DNA from: Gemmatimonas sp.
GTDB lineage: Bacteria; Gemmatimonadota; Gemmatimonadetes; Gemmatimonadales; Gemmatimonadaceae
Assembly: GCA_965279375.1 (NCBI GenBank)
Contig: OZ257156.1
Coordinates: forward strand, 2,784,001-2,848,000
Length of the DNA: 64,000 nucleotides
Reading direction: 5' to 3'
How positions within the stretch are numbered: the first letter of the stretch is position 1; every line of letters starts with the position of its first letter. This document shows, piece after piece, positions 33,882 to 42,998 of this stretch. The notes under the pieces were generated by a model, which was not told where the DNA came from, ran no database searches, and worked only from the letters and a program-made list of their open reading frames with translations. A program made the position numbers and the translations under genes.

Positions 33882-34210
33882 GAGCAACTCGCTGATGAGG
33901 AGGGTCGGTCTGACACATCGGGACGACGCGTTGCATACGGCACGCGGCGGCACTTCGAATATCGCGCGCCCCGAACGTGCGAGTGTCAGGTATCCCCCCG
34001 GTCATTTGTGAGGGGTACATCCATTTATGTGCATATACGCAATAATGTATTGCACGCCGAGGCGCGGGAGCTCGGGTGCTCGGCAGATTGGGCATGTCAC
34101 GCACACGGTCACATCGCGAAGGCCATGGACCTGGGACCCCAGTCACGACAGCGCCCACCCGCGCTGATCTGCGGATGGGCGCGGCGCGGGCTGCTGCCGG
34201 CCTGCTGGCG

Positions 34211-35191
34211 CTAGAAGCGCACCGACACCGCGATCCCGGTGCCGCCGGTCCGTCCAACTGGAAGGATGGGCGACACGCTGGCGTCCGGCGCCGCGCGTCG
34301 CGGCTGACCGGCGGCCTCGCTCTCTCGCTTGGCCGCCAGATACTGCGACCGATGCATCAGCGACCGCGTGGATAGTGCGATGCCAAGACCGCCCACGGCC
34401 ACGCCGGCCGTCGCAATTCCGCGCACGACGTTGTTGTTGTCCCGGCCGGACACAAAACGCGCGTTGAAGGCACCCGCGAGTACGCCGGCTGAAATGCCGA
34501 TAATCGAACCGGCTCGACTGTGCCCATTCGCATTGCCCCACGCGTTCCACGTCGCAGTGCTCGCGGAGGCGAGCATCGAGAGCGGCGCGGCCAGCGCCAG
34601 CGCTGCCTCCTGCCGCTGTTGGGTGGGCGTCATCACGTACGGCACCTGGATGCGCGCGGCCTCTGCCAGCGAGAGTCCATGGTCGCTCAGCCACGCGGTG
34701 AACTCGGAGTCTCCCGCCAGCGCCGACACCCACACGTTGTTGTTCGTACGCGCCACGCGATCCACCAGCGCGCGATGTCCGGTGGATTCGAGCAGAAACG
34801 CCACCGCGCACAACGTGCCTGTCTTGCGATCCACGAAGTACGGCGTGGCCGCCTCCGCAAAATCGTAGTTGTGCGGGAAGACGCCACGCACATTGTAACC
34901 GGTCAGCGTGCGGACCAGTGCGGCGCGTGCCGCACGTTCCTCCACACTCAGCGACGAGAGATCGCGTGCGTCGAGTTCGGTGAGCACGCTGTCGAAGTGC
35001 GCATGGATGCGTGAACGTTCCGCCTGTTCTGCGGTGCGCTCGTACCACGTCGTCTTCTTCGCCAAAAGCGCGAGCGTGCCGCGCGAGGTCGTCTCCTCCG
35101 ACGTCGTCGACAGAATGCTGCTCGCGATCAACAGCGCGAGCGCGGACGCGAGCCCGGCAATGGCAACGGCGTTCCAACGATTGAGTAGCAT
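34211..35191 (-). CDS. Exported/membrane hypothetical protein
   Basis: GGAG SD; N-terminal signal/TM; FPHN...PYFVD...GTLCAVAFLL segment; C-terminal hydrophobic segments. Confidence 0.7.
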   Translation of the reverse strand: MLLNRWNAVAIAGLASALALLIASSILSTTSEETTSRGTLALLAKKTTWYERTAEQAERSRIHAHFDSVLTELDARDLSSLSVEERAARAALVRTLTGYNVRGVFPHNYDFAEAATPYFVDRKTGTLCAVAFLLESTGHRALVDRVARTNNNVWVSALAGDSEFTAWLSDHGLSLAEAARIQVPYVMTPTQQRQEAALALAAPLSMLASASTATWNAWGNANGHSRAGSIIGISAGVLAGAFNARFVSGRDNNNVVRGIATAGVAVGGLGIALSTRSLMHRSQYLAAKRESEAAGQPRRAAPDASVSPILPVGRTGGTGIAVSVRF

Positions 35192-35308
35192 GCGACTCTC
35201 CGTGGGTAGGTGACAGGAGCATCAGTGCACTCAGGGGCAACAGTGCGCATGAGACCACGGTCACACTACCCTGTCACCGGCCGCGCCGTCACCGAATGGT
35301 TCGGCCCG

Positions 35309-37084
35309 TCAGCGTTTCGGCTTGACGCCCGTGATCCCCCACTCGAGCCGGTCCAGCATCGCGTCCGAGACACCCTTCCGGAAATCCACCCACGTGAACT
35401 GGCGGAGGAACAGCGGCAACGCGGGGTTACCCGCGTCGGGAAGCAGCACGGGAATGACGGCCATCTTGCGGCGCACACACTCATCCAGACAGGCACGCAT
35501 CTCCGGCTCCTCCCATGGACCGATGCCATCAGGTCCGACAATCACGGCCGCCGTACGCGAATTGAGAATCGCCTGCTCGATCGCGGCTTGCCAGCGCTCA
35601 CCTGGGACGAGCTCCCATGCGTCGAGCCAGACGCGCACATTGCGGTCACGCAGCGCTTCCGCCAGTTCGATGACCGCGGGCTTATCCTGCGAGTTGTGCG
35701 ACAGAAACACGTCGAACGGTTCGGCCTTCGCCGCCGCTGTCTCGCTCGGCACCAACTCCGTCCTGGGCAGATGTACGCGCGCCTTTTGCAGGCGAGCACC
35801 GCCCGTGAGCGTAGCCGCAAGCAATCCCACCGCCAGCAGCGGATAGCTGGTGTCGATCCAGAGCAGCCCCACGCGCATCGCGACGGCGGCCGCGACCACA
35901 ATCGCGAGCGCGATCAGCGCCGCGCCAATCCAGAGCGCTCGCACCCCCGCGCCGCGCGCCTGGATCAGCGTCAGCAGATAGCAGATCAGAAAGACCACAC
36001 CCAGAGTCCAGCGAACGTCGACTCGGCGAATGACGAAATTCGACCGGAGTGCATGAGCCGCATAGGCGTGTATCATCACGCCCGATAGTGGGCCGTACGG
36101 CGTATCGAACACATCGCCTGCGCGACTCGAGCCGACGATCACGAAGCGGTCACGCAGGACGCGCACCTGTGCTGAATCGGGAACGCCGGCGATCGTCACC
36201 GGGGGCTTCCGCGGCCCGACGAACTGCGTCAACCCGACGTCCGGAAGCGACGTGCCGGGCGCGAGCAACGCCGCGATGCGATAGCTGAACGAGCGCATCG
36301 ACGCTTGCCCAAGGTGCGACGTGGGCACCATACGTACGCGCAGATCCGCTTCGCGCAGCCCCATCACCGTGCCCTGGCGTTCAATGCGAATGCACTGCGC
36401 CAGCTGGGGCGCGAGTTCGGCGCGACTCACCGCCGACTGCACGGTATCGAGGCCGTACCCGAGCACGACCGGCACTCCCGCTGCTTCGGCGCGCGCCGCC
36501 TGAAAGCAGAAGATGCGATCGATCGCTGACGGCGCCGTGAGCAGCAGGTCGAACGCGATCCCCTTCGCGCCGTTGTCGGCGGCCATTGCGATGAGGTTGG
36601 CCTCCGTCATGCGCGCGTCGTTCACGCTCTGACCACCGAACGAGGGCAGCGTGATGACCACGATGTCGCTGGCATCCGGCGCTTGCGGGGCAAATCGATA
36701 GTGCCAGTCCCCGAGTCGATTGAGACCGAGCACGTTGCTCGGCGTCTCGCCCTCGAACCCGTCGAGCGAAGTGCGCCTGCCTTCGAGTACGCGCGTTCCT
36801 GCTGCGAGAGCAAAGAGCACGCAGTACGCGACGAAGAATGGAAGGAAGCCGCCACCCAGAAGCACGCGGCGTTCGCGAACGAGCGGTGCGCCGAGTGCGA
36901 GGACCACCGCGAGGAGCGGGAGCAACACCACGGCGACGACGTACGGCCGATCGGAGAATGAACCGACCGCGCCGACGAGGAAGTACGCGCCGATGAGGAT
37001 CGGGATCGATGCGAGCAGGATCTGCACCTGTTCGCGTCGCAGCGCGCTTCGCGGGCCGCTCCGTGCTTCGCTGTCCAGTGCCAC
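35309..37084 (-). CDS. Membrane CHASE2 sensor fused to a C-terminal TIR domain
   Basis: 3 N-terminal TMs; CHASE2 motifs DIVVI, GAKGIAFD, VIVG, TPYG.LSGV.IHA; 3 TMs; TIR FDVFLSHNSQDK...WLD...WEEPEM...IPVLLP...WVDFR; start approximate. Confidence 0.85.
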   Translation of the reverse strand: MALDSEARSGPRSALRREQVQILLASIPILIGAYFLVGAVGSFSDRPYVVAVVLLPLLAVVLALGAPLVRERRVLLGGGFLPFFVAYCVLFALAAGTRVLEGRRTSLDGFEGETPSNVLGLNRLGDWHYRFAPQAPDASDIVVITLPSFGGQSVNDARMTEANLIAMAADNGAKGIAFDLLLTAPSAIDRIFCFQAARAEAAGVPVVLGYGLDTVQSAVSRAELAPQLAQCIRIERQGTVMGLREADLRVRMVPTSHLGQASMRSFSYRIAALLAPGTSLPDVGLTQFVGPRKPPVTIAGVPDSAQVRVLRDRFVIVGSSRAGDVFDTPYGPLSGVMIHAYAAHALRSNFVIRRVDVRWTLGVVFLICYLLTLIQARGAGVRALWIGAALIALAIVVAAAVAMRVGLLWIDTSYPLLAVGLLAATLTGGARLQKARVHLPRTELVPSETAAAKAEPFDVFLSHNSQDKPAVIELAEALRDRNVRVWLDAWELVPGERWQAAIEQAILNSRTAAVIVGPDGIGPWEEPEMRACLDECVRRKMAVIPVLLPDAGNPALPLFLRQFTWVDFRKGVSDAMLDRLEWGITGVKPKR

Positions 37085-37112
37085 CGCGAATCGACTCTGG
37101 TTCAGGTGTGAC

Positions 37113-38525
37113 TCACGGCGTGCGCGCGACGATCGCCTGCATCGCCGCCACTTCAGTCGCGGTGAGCTTGTGGTCCGTCGCGTTCTTCGCGATGGCGCGC
37201 TCGGCATTCGTCTTCTGCGAGGCCGCGCTGCGCGAGGCGTATGCGTTGGCCAGATCGAAGTGATCGCGCGAGGTGGCTGTACCAGCGCTCACGCGCGCCT
37301 CGAGCGCGCGAATCGTTTCGCTGACCACGGACACCGTGCCTGCGCTCATGCTCGCGGACCGCGCGCGGGTGCCCGAAACCGCCGTCGCGCTGGTGGTTGC
37401 TCTGGTAGTCGCGCTGGCCGCAGCGCTCGTCGATGCGCCAGCGCTGGCGGCAGTACTCGGCGATGACAGTGCCGCCGCGGCGGCAGCCGTAGCGCCACTC
37501 GCGGAGGCGCGCTCGGTCACGCTTCCGGCGGCCGTTGCGGAGATGCTTGCACCAGTCGAGGCGGGCTTGCGCGAGTAGACGCGGTCACGCAGCGTGGCGC
37601 TGGATTCGATGAGTGTCGGATCGATGCGATAGCTGCGCAGCGCCGAGTCGGTAGTGACGTTGGCGCGCTTGAGGTTGTAGGCAGCCTGCTCGTCGGACTT
37701 GATCTGGATCTGGCGTTTCGCGAGGTCCACGCGCTTTCGCGTGTCCGTGGGATTAGCCAGCATGTCGTACTGCAGCCGCTTCATCTCGGCGAACGTCGCG
37801 ACGGTGTCGATGTCAGGCTTCGCCGCGCGCGCCGCGTACACATCGAAACGAGCGTTGACCGTCGCAGCGGCGTCGAGCTCTCTCGTTCCAATGACCGTCC
37901 GTGCAGTGGTACCACGCGCCCAGGTCAGGCTGCGTCCCTGCGGCACGGCCTCACCGCTGCGGCGCACGTCCACCACACCTTCAAACACGGCAAGCTGACA
38001 GGCGATCAGCTCGCCCTCGCCGGTAACGTCGACCGAGTACTGCGTGCCTCGCGATGCGAGCGGCACGCCGCCGGCGGTGGTGACCGTCGGCATCTCGGCG
38101 ATGATGTCGCCGCGTCCCGACTTGATGTTCACGTGACAGATCGTGTCCACCGGCACATCGATCACGATCGTGAAGGGCGACTGCATGCGGTAGAGCGTGA
38201 TGCGTTGCCCGCCGCATTGCAGTTCCATCAGCGCCGCCGTTCCGGTCGCGGTGAGCTGATCGCCGGGGCTCAACGTCTGACCGGCGACGGCGTTCGTGTC
38301 GCGTGTGGCACCCAAGCGCCGCAACCGCACGCTGGCCGTGGCGGGGAGCAGCCGGGCGACGCGTGCGATGGCACTGGAGGGAAGTGGCGCCGGTTGCGTT
38401 GTCGCGGGCTGCGCCGAGGTGACGTTCGGCGCGACGGTCAGCGCGAGCACGGCGGTCAGCGCGCGCGCGCGACACGACAGTGTTCGCGTCCGACTGAACA
38501 GACGGTTTGCAATGAATGAGGACAT
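37113..38525 (-). CDS. Secreted FecR-domain protein with Ser/Ala linker and TPR-like C-terminus
   Basis: Signal peptide; LSPGDQL.T, RGTQYSVDV, VFEGVVDV (FecR hallmarks); terminal DHFDLANAY helix pair. Confidence 0.75.
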   Translation of the reverse strand: MSSFIANRLFSRTRTLSCRARALTAVLALTVAPNVTSAQPATTQPAPLPSSAIARVARLLPATASVRLRRLGATRDTNAVAGQTLSPGDQLTATGTAALMELQCGGQRITLYRMQSPFTIVIDVPVDTICHVNIKSGRGDIIAEMPTVTTAGGVPLASRGTQYSVDVTGEGELIACQLAVFEGVVDVRRSGEAVPQGRSLTWARGTTARTVIGTRELDAAATVNARFDVYAARAAKPDIDTVATFAEMKRLQYDMLANPTDTRKRVDLAKRQIQIKSDEQAAYNLKRANVTTDSALRSYRIDPTLIESSATLRDRVYSRKPASTGASISATAAGSVTERASASGATAAAAAALSSPSTAASAGASTSAAASATTRATTSATAVSGTRARSASMSAGTVSVVSETIRALEARVSAGTATSRDHFDLANAYASRSAASQKTNAERAIAKNATDHKLTATEVAAMQAIVARTP

Positions 38526-38693
38526 CACACTGCTCCGTGGTGCGGGGGCATTCCGCGTCGGGTGGGGGAACGCGCGGATGCTATGGGACTGCGCTGCGGA
38601 TCGTCACCCGATGCTGGCTGCGCAGACGTTACTCTCCGGGCACGAACGGCACGAGTGGCCCTCTGGATAGCGAGCAACTCCTTTCGGTGGCGC

Positions 38694-38722
38694 TTGTGTC
38701 GATACTCGAGCAGGACTAGCTT
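38694..38722 (+). promoter_or_regulatory. sigma70-type promoter for tRNA-Thr(GGT)
   Basis: TTGTGT-N17-TAGCTT, 33 nt upstream of the tRNA. Confidence 0.55.
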
Positions 38723-38755
38723 GCCCCTCTGCCCGAAAATCAACTCGGCGGTGCC

Positions 38756-38828
38756 GCACGCATAGCTCAGTCGGTAGAGCACATCCTTGGTAAGGATGAG
38801 GTCACCGGTTCGATCCCGGTTGCGTGCT
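38756..38828 (+). tRNA. tRNA-Thr(GGT)
   Basis: Acceptor GCACGCA/TGCGTGC, loop TTGGTAA, GGTTCGATCC. Confidence 0.96.
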
Positions 38829-38845
38829 TCTCAGTCTTTTGTGGT

Positions 38846-38884
38846 CGCAACCCCGTACCCACCCAGTGGATACGGGGTTTTGCG
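38846..38884 (+). terminator. Intrinsic terminator after tRNA-Thr
   Basis: AACCCCGTACCCAC-CCA-GTGGATACGGGGTTTT. Confidence 0.8.
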
Positions 38885-38931
38885 TTTCCGTCCTGATGGC
38901 GGGCGAGCGCCCGTCGGAGCGTTGTGATCTC

Positions 38932-40509
38932 GTGAGCCGTCCGTCGAGAAGTGCAGCGATCATCGGCGCCGGACCCAGTGGACTGGCGGCCGCGCGCTTT
39001 CTTCGCCGCGTCGGCTTCCGGGTGACGCTGTTCGACCGGTCGGACGGCGTTGGAGGCCAGTGGCGGGCGGACGCAGTCTCGAGTGGGATCTGGCCGGGGA
39101 TGCGCACCAACACGAGTCGCATCAACACCGCGTTCAGCGATCTGCCCCATTCATCGGATGCGGCGACGTATCCGACCGCCGAGGAGATGGGCGCGTATCT
39201 GGCGCGCTATGCCGCGCAGTTTGACCTGCTCGAGGGCGCGCGATTCCGGTCGACCGTCACTGAAGTCGAGCCGGAGGCCGGACAGTGGCGCGTGAGTTGG
39301 CGCGATACGACGGGGCACTCGCACGACGATCACTACTCGCACGTGGTCGTGGCGACCGGACGTCACCACCGACCGATCGTTCCGCCGGTGCCAGGACTCG
39401 ACGCGTTCACCGGGAGCGAGGGGGTGTCGCACGCCGCGAGCTATCGCGGCTCCGAGCGCTTCCGAGGCAAACGTGTGCTCGTCGCGGGGCACGGAATCAG
39501 CGCGCTCGAGATTGCGAGCGAGATCGCGATCGGCGGTGCCGCACGCGTCGTCATCGCGGCTCGCCGGCACCGGTATGTGCTGCCGCGACTGATCGACGGC
39601 GTGCCGATGGATCATCGCGTGTACACGCGGGCGGCCGGGCTGGCGTGGGAGACGCTACCCATTGAGCGGAGCAGTGCCGCGCTCAAGGAGCTCGTGCTCG
39701 CGAGCAGCGGCCATCCGTCGGCCTCGGGGGCGCCTGTGCATTCGGAGGACGTGCTCACGGCCGGTTTCACGCACTCTCCGCACTACCTCCGTCTTGTGGC
39801 GAGCGGCCAGATCGTACCGATGCCTTGGATGGGGCGGGTCGAGGGCGACACTGTGGTGATGCAGGACGGCCGCACCGAGGTGGTGGATGCGATCGTGTGC
39901 TGCACCGGGTATGCGCTGGATCTGCCGTTTCTTGGCCCGACGGTCCGGCGTGCGCTCGATCCGGACCTGCTCGACGCGGATCTCCATGAGCACACGTTCC
40001 ACCCCGATCTGCCGGGTTTTGCCTGCCTCGGGCTGTACGAGCAGGGAGGGCCGTATTTGCCGACGCTGGAGCTGCAGGCGCGGTGGGTGGCGTATGTGTG
40101 GGGCGGGGAGTGTGCGGCGCTGGCTGAGGCCGAGTTGGCGGAGGGGGTGCGTCAGGCGCGGGCGCGACGGGGCACAGGCCATGTGGAGCGGGCGCACCTG
40201 ATTGCGCGGCGGTTCGCACGGCTCGCGGGAGTGGAGCCGGCCCCTTGGCAGTGGCCGGATCTGGCGCGGGCGCTGTACTTCGGTCCGCTGTCGCCGGCGT
40301 CGTTCCGGTTGAGCGGCCCGGATGCGATGGCCGAGGCGCCGGCGCGGGTGGTGGCGGACGCGGCCGCGTTCGGATGTGTGGAGGGCGCGACGCTGAGCGC
40401 GGCCGAGTGGGCGCGGCTGCGAGAGTTGGCCGGGACGGGGCCGGAAACGGAAGCGAGCGCGGCGTTCGCGGGCTGGCTCGAGGGGCTCATGGCCGCCTTG
40501 CGTGCTTGA
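38932..40509 (+). CDS. Flavin-containing monooxygenase (FMO-like)
   Basis: IIGAGPSGL, GGQW, FTGSEGVSHAASY (FMO fingerprint-like), second Rossmann VAGHGISA, CTGY, ELQARW. Confidence 0.88.
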   Translation: MSRPSRSAAIIGAGPSGLAAARFLRRVGFRVTLFDRSDGVGGQWRADAVSSGIWPGMRTNTSRINTAFSDLPHSSDAATYPTAEEMGAYLARYAAQFDLLEGARFRSTVTEVEPEAGQWRVSWRDTTGHSHDDHYSHVVVATGRHHRPIVPPVPGLDAFTGSEGVSHAASYRGSERFRGKRVLVAGHGISALEIASEIAIGGAARVVIAARRHRYVLPRLIDGVPMDHRVYTRAAGLAWETLPIERSSAALKELVLASSGHPSASGAPVHSEDVLTAGFTHSPHYLRLVASGQIVPMPWMGRVEGDTVVMQDGRTEVVDAIVCCTGYALDLPFLGPTVRRALDPDLLDADLHEHTFHPDLPGFACLGLYEQGGPYLPTLELQARWVAYVWGGECAALAEAELAEGVRQARARRGTGHVERAHLIARRFARLAGVEPAPWQWPDLARALYFGPLSPASFRLSGPDAMAEAPARVVADAAAFGCVEGATLSAAEWARLRELAGTGPETEASAAFAGWLEGLMAALRA

Positions 40510-40762
40510 ACGGGGTGGGCTACGTTGCAAGGCTCACCCCACTGCATGCGGTCCCGCAGTTCGGCCACTCGTGGTGCCCTGATTTTCTGGGGCATCCATC
40601 CCGACAACGCTCTACGGTGCAAGCCGTCGGAACGTGCGGGGTTTCGGCCGTTCGGCAGTAGCCGGACCGTCAGGCGGGTTGGGTCACCCAGTTGGGGCAG
40701 CGCGCTCTGCGACCGCAGGCTGCGCACCTGATGTCGGAAGCTGCAGCACGGAGTCGCAAATC

Positions 40763-40915
40763 ATGGCACGCGAGAAAATCATCCTCGGTTGCACCGAGTG
40801 CAAGAACCGCAACTACTTCACCATGAAGAACAAGCGCCTGCATCCTGAGCGCGTCGAATGGAAGAAGTATTGCCCCCGCTGCAACTCGCACAAGACGCAT
40901 AAGGAAACGAAGTAG
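40763..40915 (+). CDS. rpmG: 50S ribosomal protein L33 (Zn-binding C+ form)
   Basis: [13 protein letters not shown]...KKYCPRC...HKETK. Confidence 0.95.
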   Translation: MAREKIILGCTECKNRNYFTMKNKRLHPERVEWKKYCPRCNSHKTHKETK

Positions 40916-40917
40916 TC

Positions 40918-41151
40918 ATGGCCACGTCGGTCGAAGTCGCCCGTCCAGGGCTCGGCACGCGGCTGGTCACGTTCTACCATGACGTGATCGCTGAGATGAA
41001 GAAGGTGACCTGGCCCGATCGCCCGCAGCTGCAGCAGGCGACGATTCAGATCATCGTCTTCGTGCTGTTGCTCGGTGCGGTGATCGCGCTCGTCGACGTC
41101 GCGTTGCAGGCGCTGCTGGTGCGCTTGCCCGCGATGCTGATCGGCCGCTGA
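40918..41151 (+). CDS. secE: Preprotein translocase SecE
   Basis: EMKKVTWP plus single TM; position between rpmG and nusG. Confidence 0.93.
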   Translation: MATSVEVARPGLGTRLVTFYHDVIAEMKKVTWPDRPQLQQATIQIIVFVLLLGAVIALVDVALQALLVRLPAMLIGR

Positions 41152-41165
41152 GCCCGCACGCGTTT

Positions 41166-41711
41166 ATGCTCGAGCACCGGTGGTATACGGTCCAGACGAC
41201 GTCTGGTCATGAGAACAAGGTGCTGCGCCTGATCCAGCGGAAGATCGACATGGATCCGGCTGCGCCCGAGGATCGCATGATCCGTCAGGCGCTCGTGCCT
41301 ACGCAGGAAGTGGTTGAGATCAAGAACGGCAAGAAGGTGACGGTGGAGCGGAAGATCTTCCCGGGCTATGTGCTCGTGGAGATGGTCGCGGGACAGGACA
41401 CGCTGCACGAAGTCAATGCCATTCAGGGCGTGATCAAGTTCGTGGGCAAGGAGAAGGACCCGACGCCGCTGCGCGACGACGAAGTGCGTCGTTTGCTGGG
41501 CGTGACGGATCCGGAGACCGAGTCGGCGGTGAAGGAAGAGATTCCGTTCCTCGTCGGGCAGGCGGTGGCGATCACCGAGGGCCCGTTCGCGGACTTCAAT
41601 GGCACCGTGGAAGAAGTCTTGCCGGATAAGGGCAAGGTGCGCGTGTCGGTGAGCCTGTTCGGTCGCCCGACCAGCGTCGAGCTCGACTATCTGCAGCTGC
41701 GGGGCTACTGA
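41166..41711 (+). CDS. nusG: Transcription factor NusG
   Basis: WY.VQT.SG.E, FPGYVLV, KOW GPFADF.G. Confidence 0.96.
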   Translation: MLEHRWYTVQTTSGHENKVLRLIQRKIDMDPAAPEDRMIRQALVPTQEVVEIKNGKKVTVERKIFPGYVLVEMVAGQDTLHEVNAIQGVIKFVGKEKDPTPLRDDEVRRLLGVTDPETESAVKEEIPFLVGQAVAITEGPFADFNGTVEEVLPDKGKVRVSVSLFGRPTSVELDYLQLRGY

Positions 41712-41868
41712 GTACTACTGCAGTTGAGTGGCAGGACAATGCCGGTGGGACGCAGAGCAAAGTGCATCGCTCTCCCCCGTCGCCAACCACAGCGACGTTA
41801 AAGATGCGGCGTGGCAGCACGACCGCGCGGGGATGGTCCCCGTGCGGAACTTGCGTTGAGGTGTAAGC

Positions 41869-42291
41869 ATGGCAAAGAAGGTCACTGGATTCGTCAAGCT
41901 GCAGATTCCGAGCGGCAAGGCGAACCCGGCGCCCCCCGTGGGTACGGCTCTCGGCCCCCAGGGTATCAACATCATGGCATTCTGCAAAGAGTTTAACGCT
42001 CGGACGCAGGGTGGCGACATGGTGATCCCGGTCGAAGTCACGATCTACGGCGACAAGTCGTTCACGTTCATTCTGAAGACCCCGCCGGCGGCGGAGTTGA
42101 TCAAGAAGGAACTGGGCGTCGAGAAGGGCTCGGGTCAGCCGAATAAGGTGAAGGTCGGAACGATCACGCGTGCGCAGCTCAAGAAGCTCGCCGAGATCAA
42201 AATGCCGGACCTCAACACGGAGTCCATCGATAGCGCGATCGCCATGATGGCGGGTGCCGCGCGTTCGATGGGCATCACGGTCAAGGACTGA
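41869..42291 (+). CDS. rplK: 50S ribosomal protein L11
   Basis: [25 protein letters not shown]. Confidence 0.97.
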   Translation: MAKKVTGFVKLQIPSGKANPAPPVGTALGPQGINIMAFCKEFNARTQGGDMVIPVEVTIYGDKSFTFILKTPPAAELIKKELGVEKGSGQPNKVKVGTITRAQLKKLAEIKMPDLNTESIDSAIAMMAGAARSMGITVKD

Positions 42292-42293
42292 GC

Positions 42294-42983
42294 ATGAAGA
42301 CGCATGGAAAGAAGTTTCGCACCGCGAGTGAGCGGCGCGAAGTCGCCAAGCCCTACGCCGCGTCGCAGGCCATCGCGCTGGTCAAGCAGATGAGCTTCGC
42401 GAAGTTCGACGAGACGGTGGAAGTCGCCGTTCGTCTCGGCGTCGATCCGCGCCACGCCGATCAGGTGGTGCGTGGCACGGTCGTGTTGCCGGCGGGTACG
42501 GGCAAGACGATGCGTGTGCTGGTGATCGCGGCTGGTGCCAAGATCCAGGAAGCGCAGGACGCGGGCGCCGATTTCGTCGGCACCGAGTTCCTGGCGAAGA
42601 TCAAGGAAGGGTGGCTGGACTTCGACGTCCTCATCGCCACGCCGGACCAGATGGGCCAGCTGGGTCAGCTCGGCCGTATTCTCGGTCCTCGCGGCCTGAT
42701 GCCGAATCCGAAGGCCGGCACCGTGACCTTCGACGTGGGCAAGGCTGTCCGCGAGTCGAAGGGCGGCAAGATCGAGTTCCGCGTCGACAAGGGTGGCAAC
42801 GTGCACGCCCCGATCGGCAAGGTCTCGTTCGAGCCGGAAGCACTCGCTTCCAACTTTGCTGCGCTGATGGACACTCTCGTCCGCTCCAAGCCGACTGCGG
42901 CGAAGGGCGTCTACATCCGGAACGTCGCGCTGTCCAGCACCATGGGACCCGGCGTCAGTGTCGACACCACGCCGTACCGTTAA
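42294..42983 (+). CDS. rplA: 50S ribosomal protein L1
   Basis: [30 protein letters not shown]. Confidence 0.97.
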   Translation: MKTHGKKFRTASERREVAKPYAASQAIALVKQMSFAKFDETVEVAVRLGVDPRHADQVVRGTVVLPAGTGKTMRVLVIAAGAKIQEAQDAGADFVGTEFLAKIKEGWLDFDVLIATPDQMGQLGQLGRILGPRGLMPNPKAGTVTFDVGKAVRESKGGKIEFRVDKGGNVHAPIGKVSFEPEALASNFAALMDTLVRSKPTAAKGVYIRNVALSSTMGPGVSVDTTPYR

Positions 42984-42998
42984 GAGGCAGACGCGACC

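Noticed and set aside
33203..38755. Prophage or integrative element at the tRNA cluster
   Set aside because: No integrase, transposase, phage genes or duplicated tRNA 3' end seen
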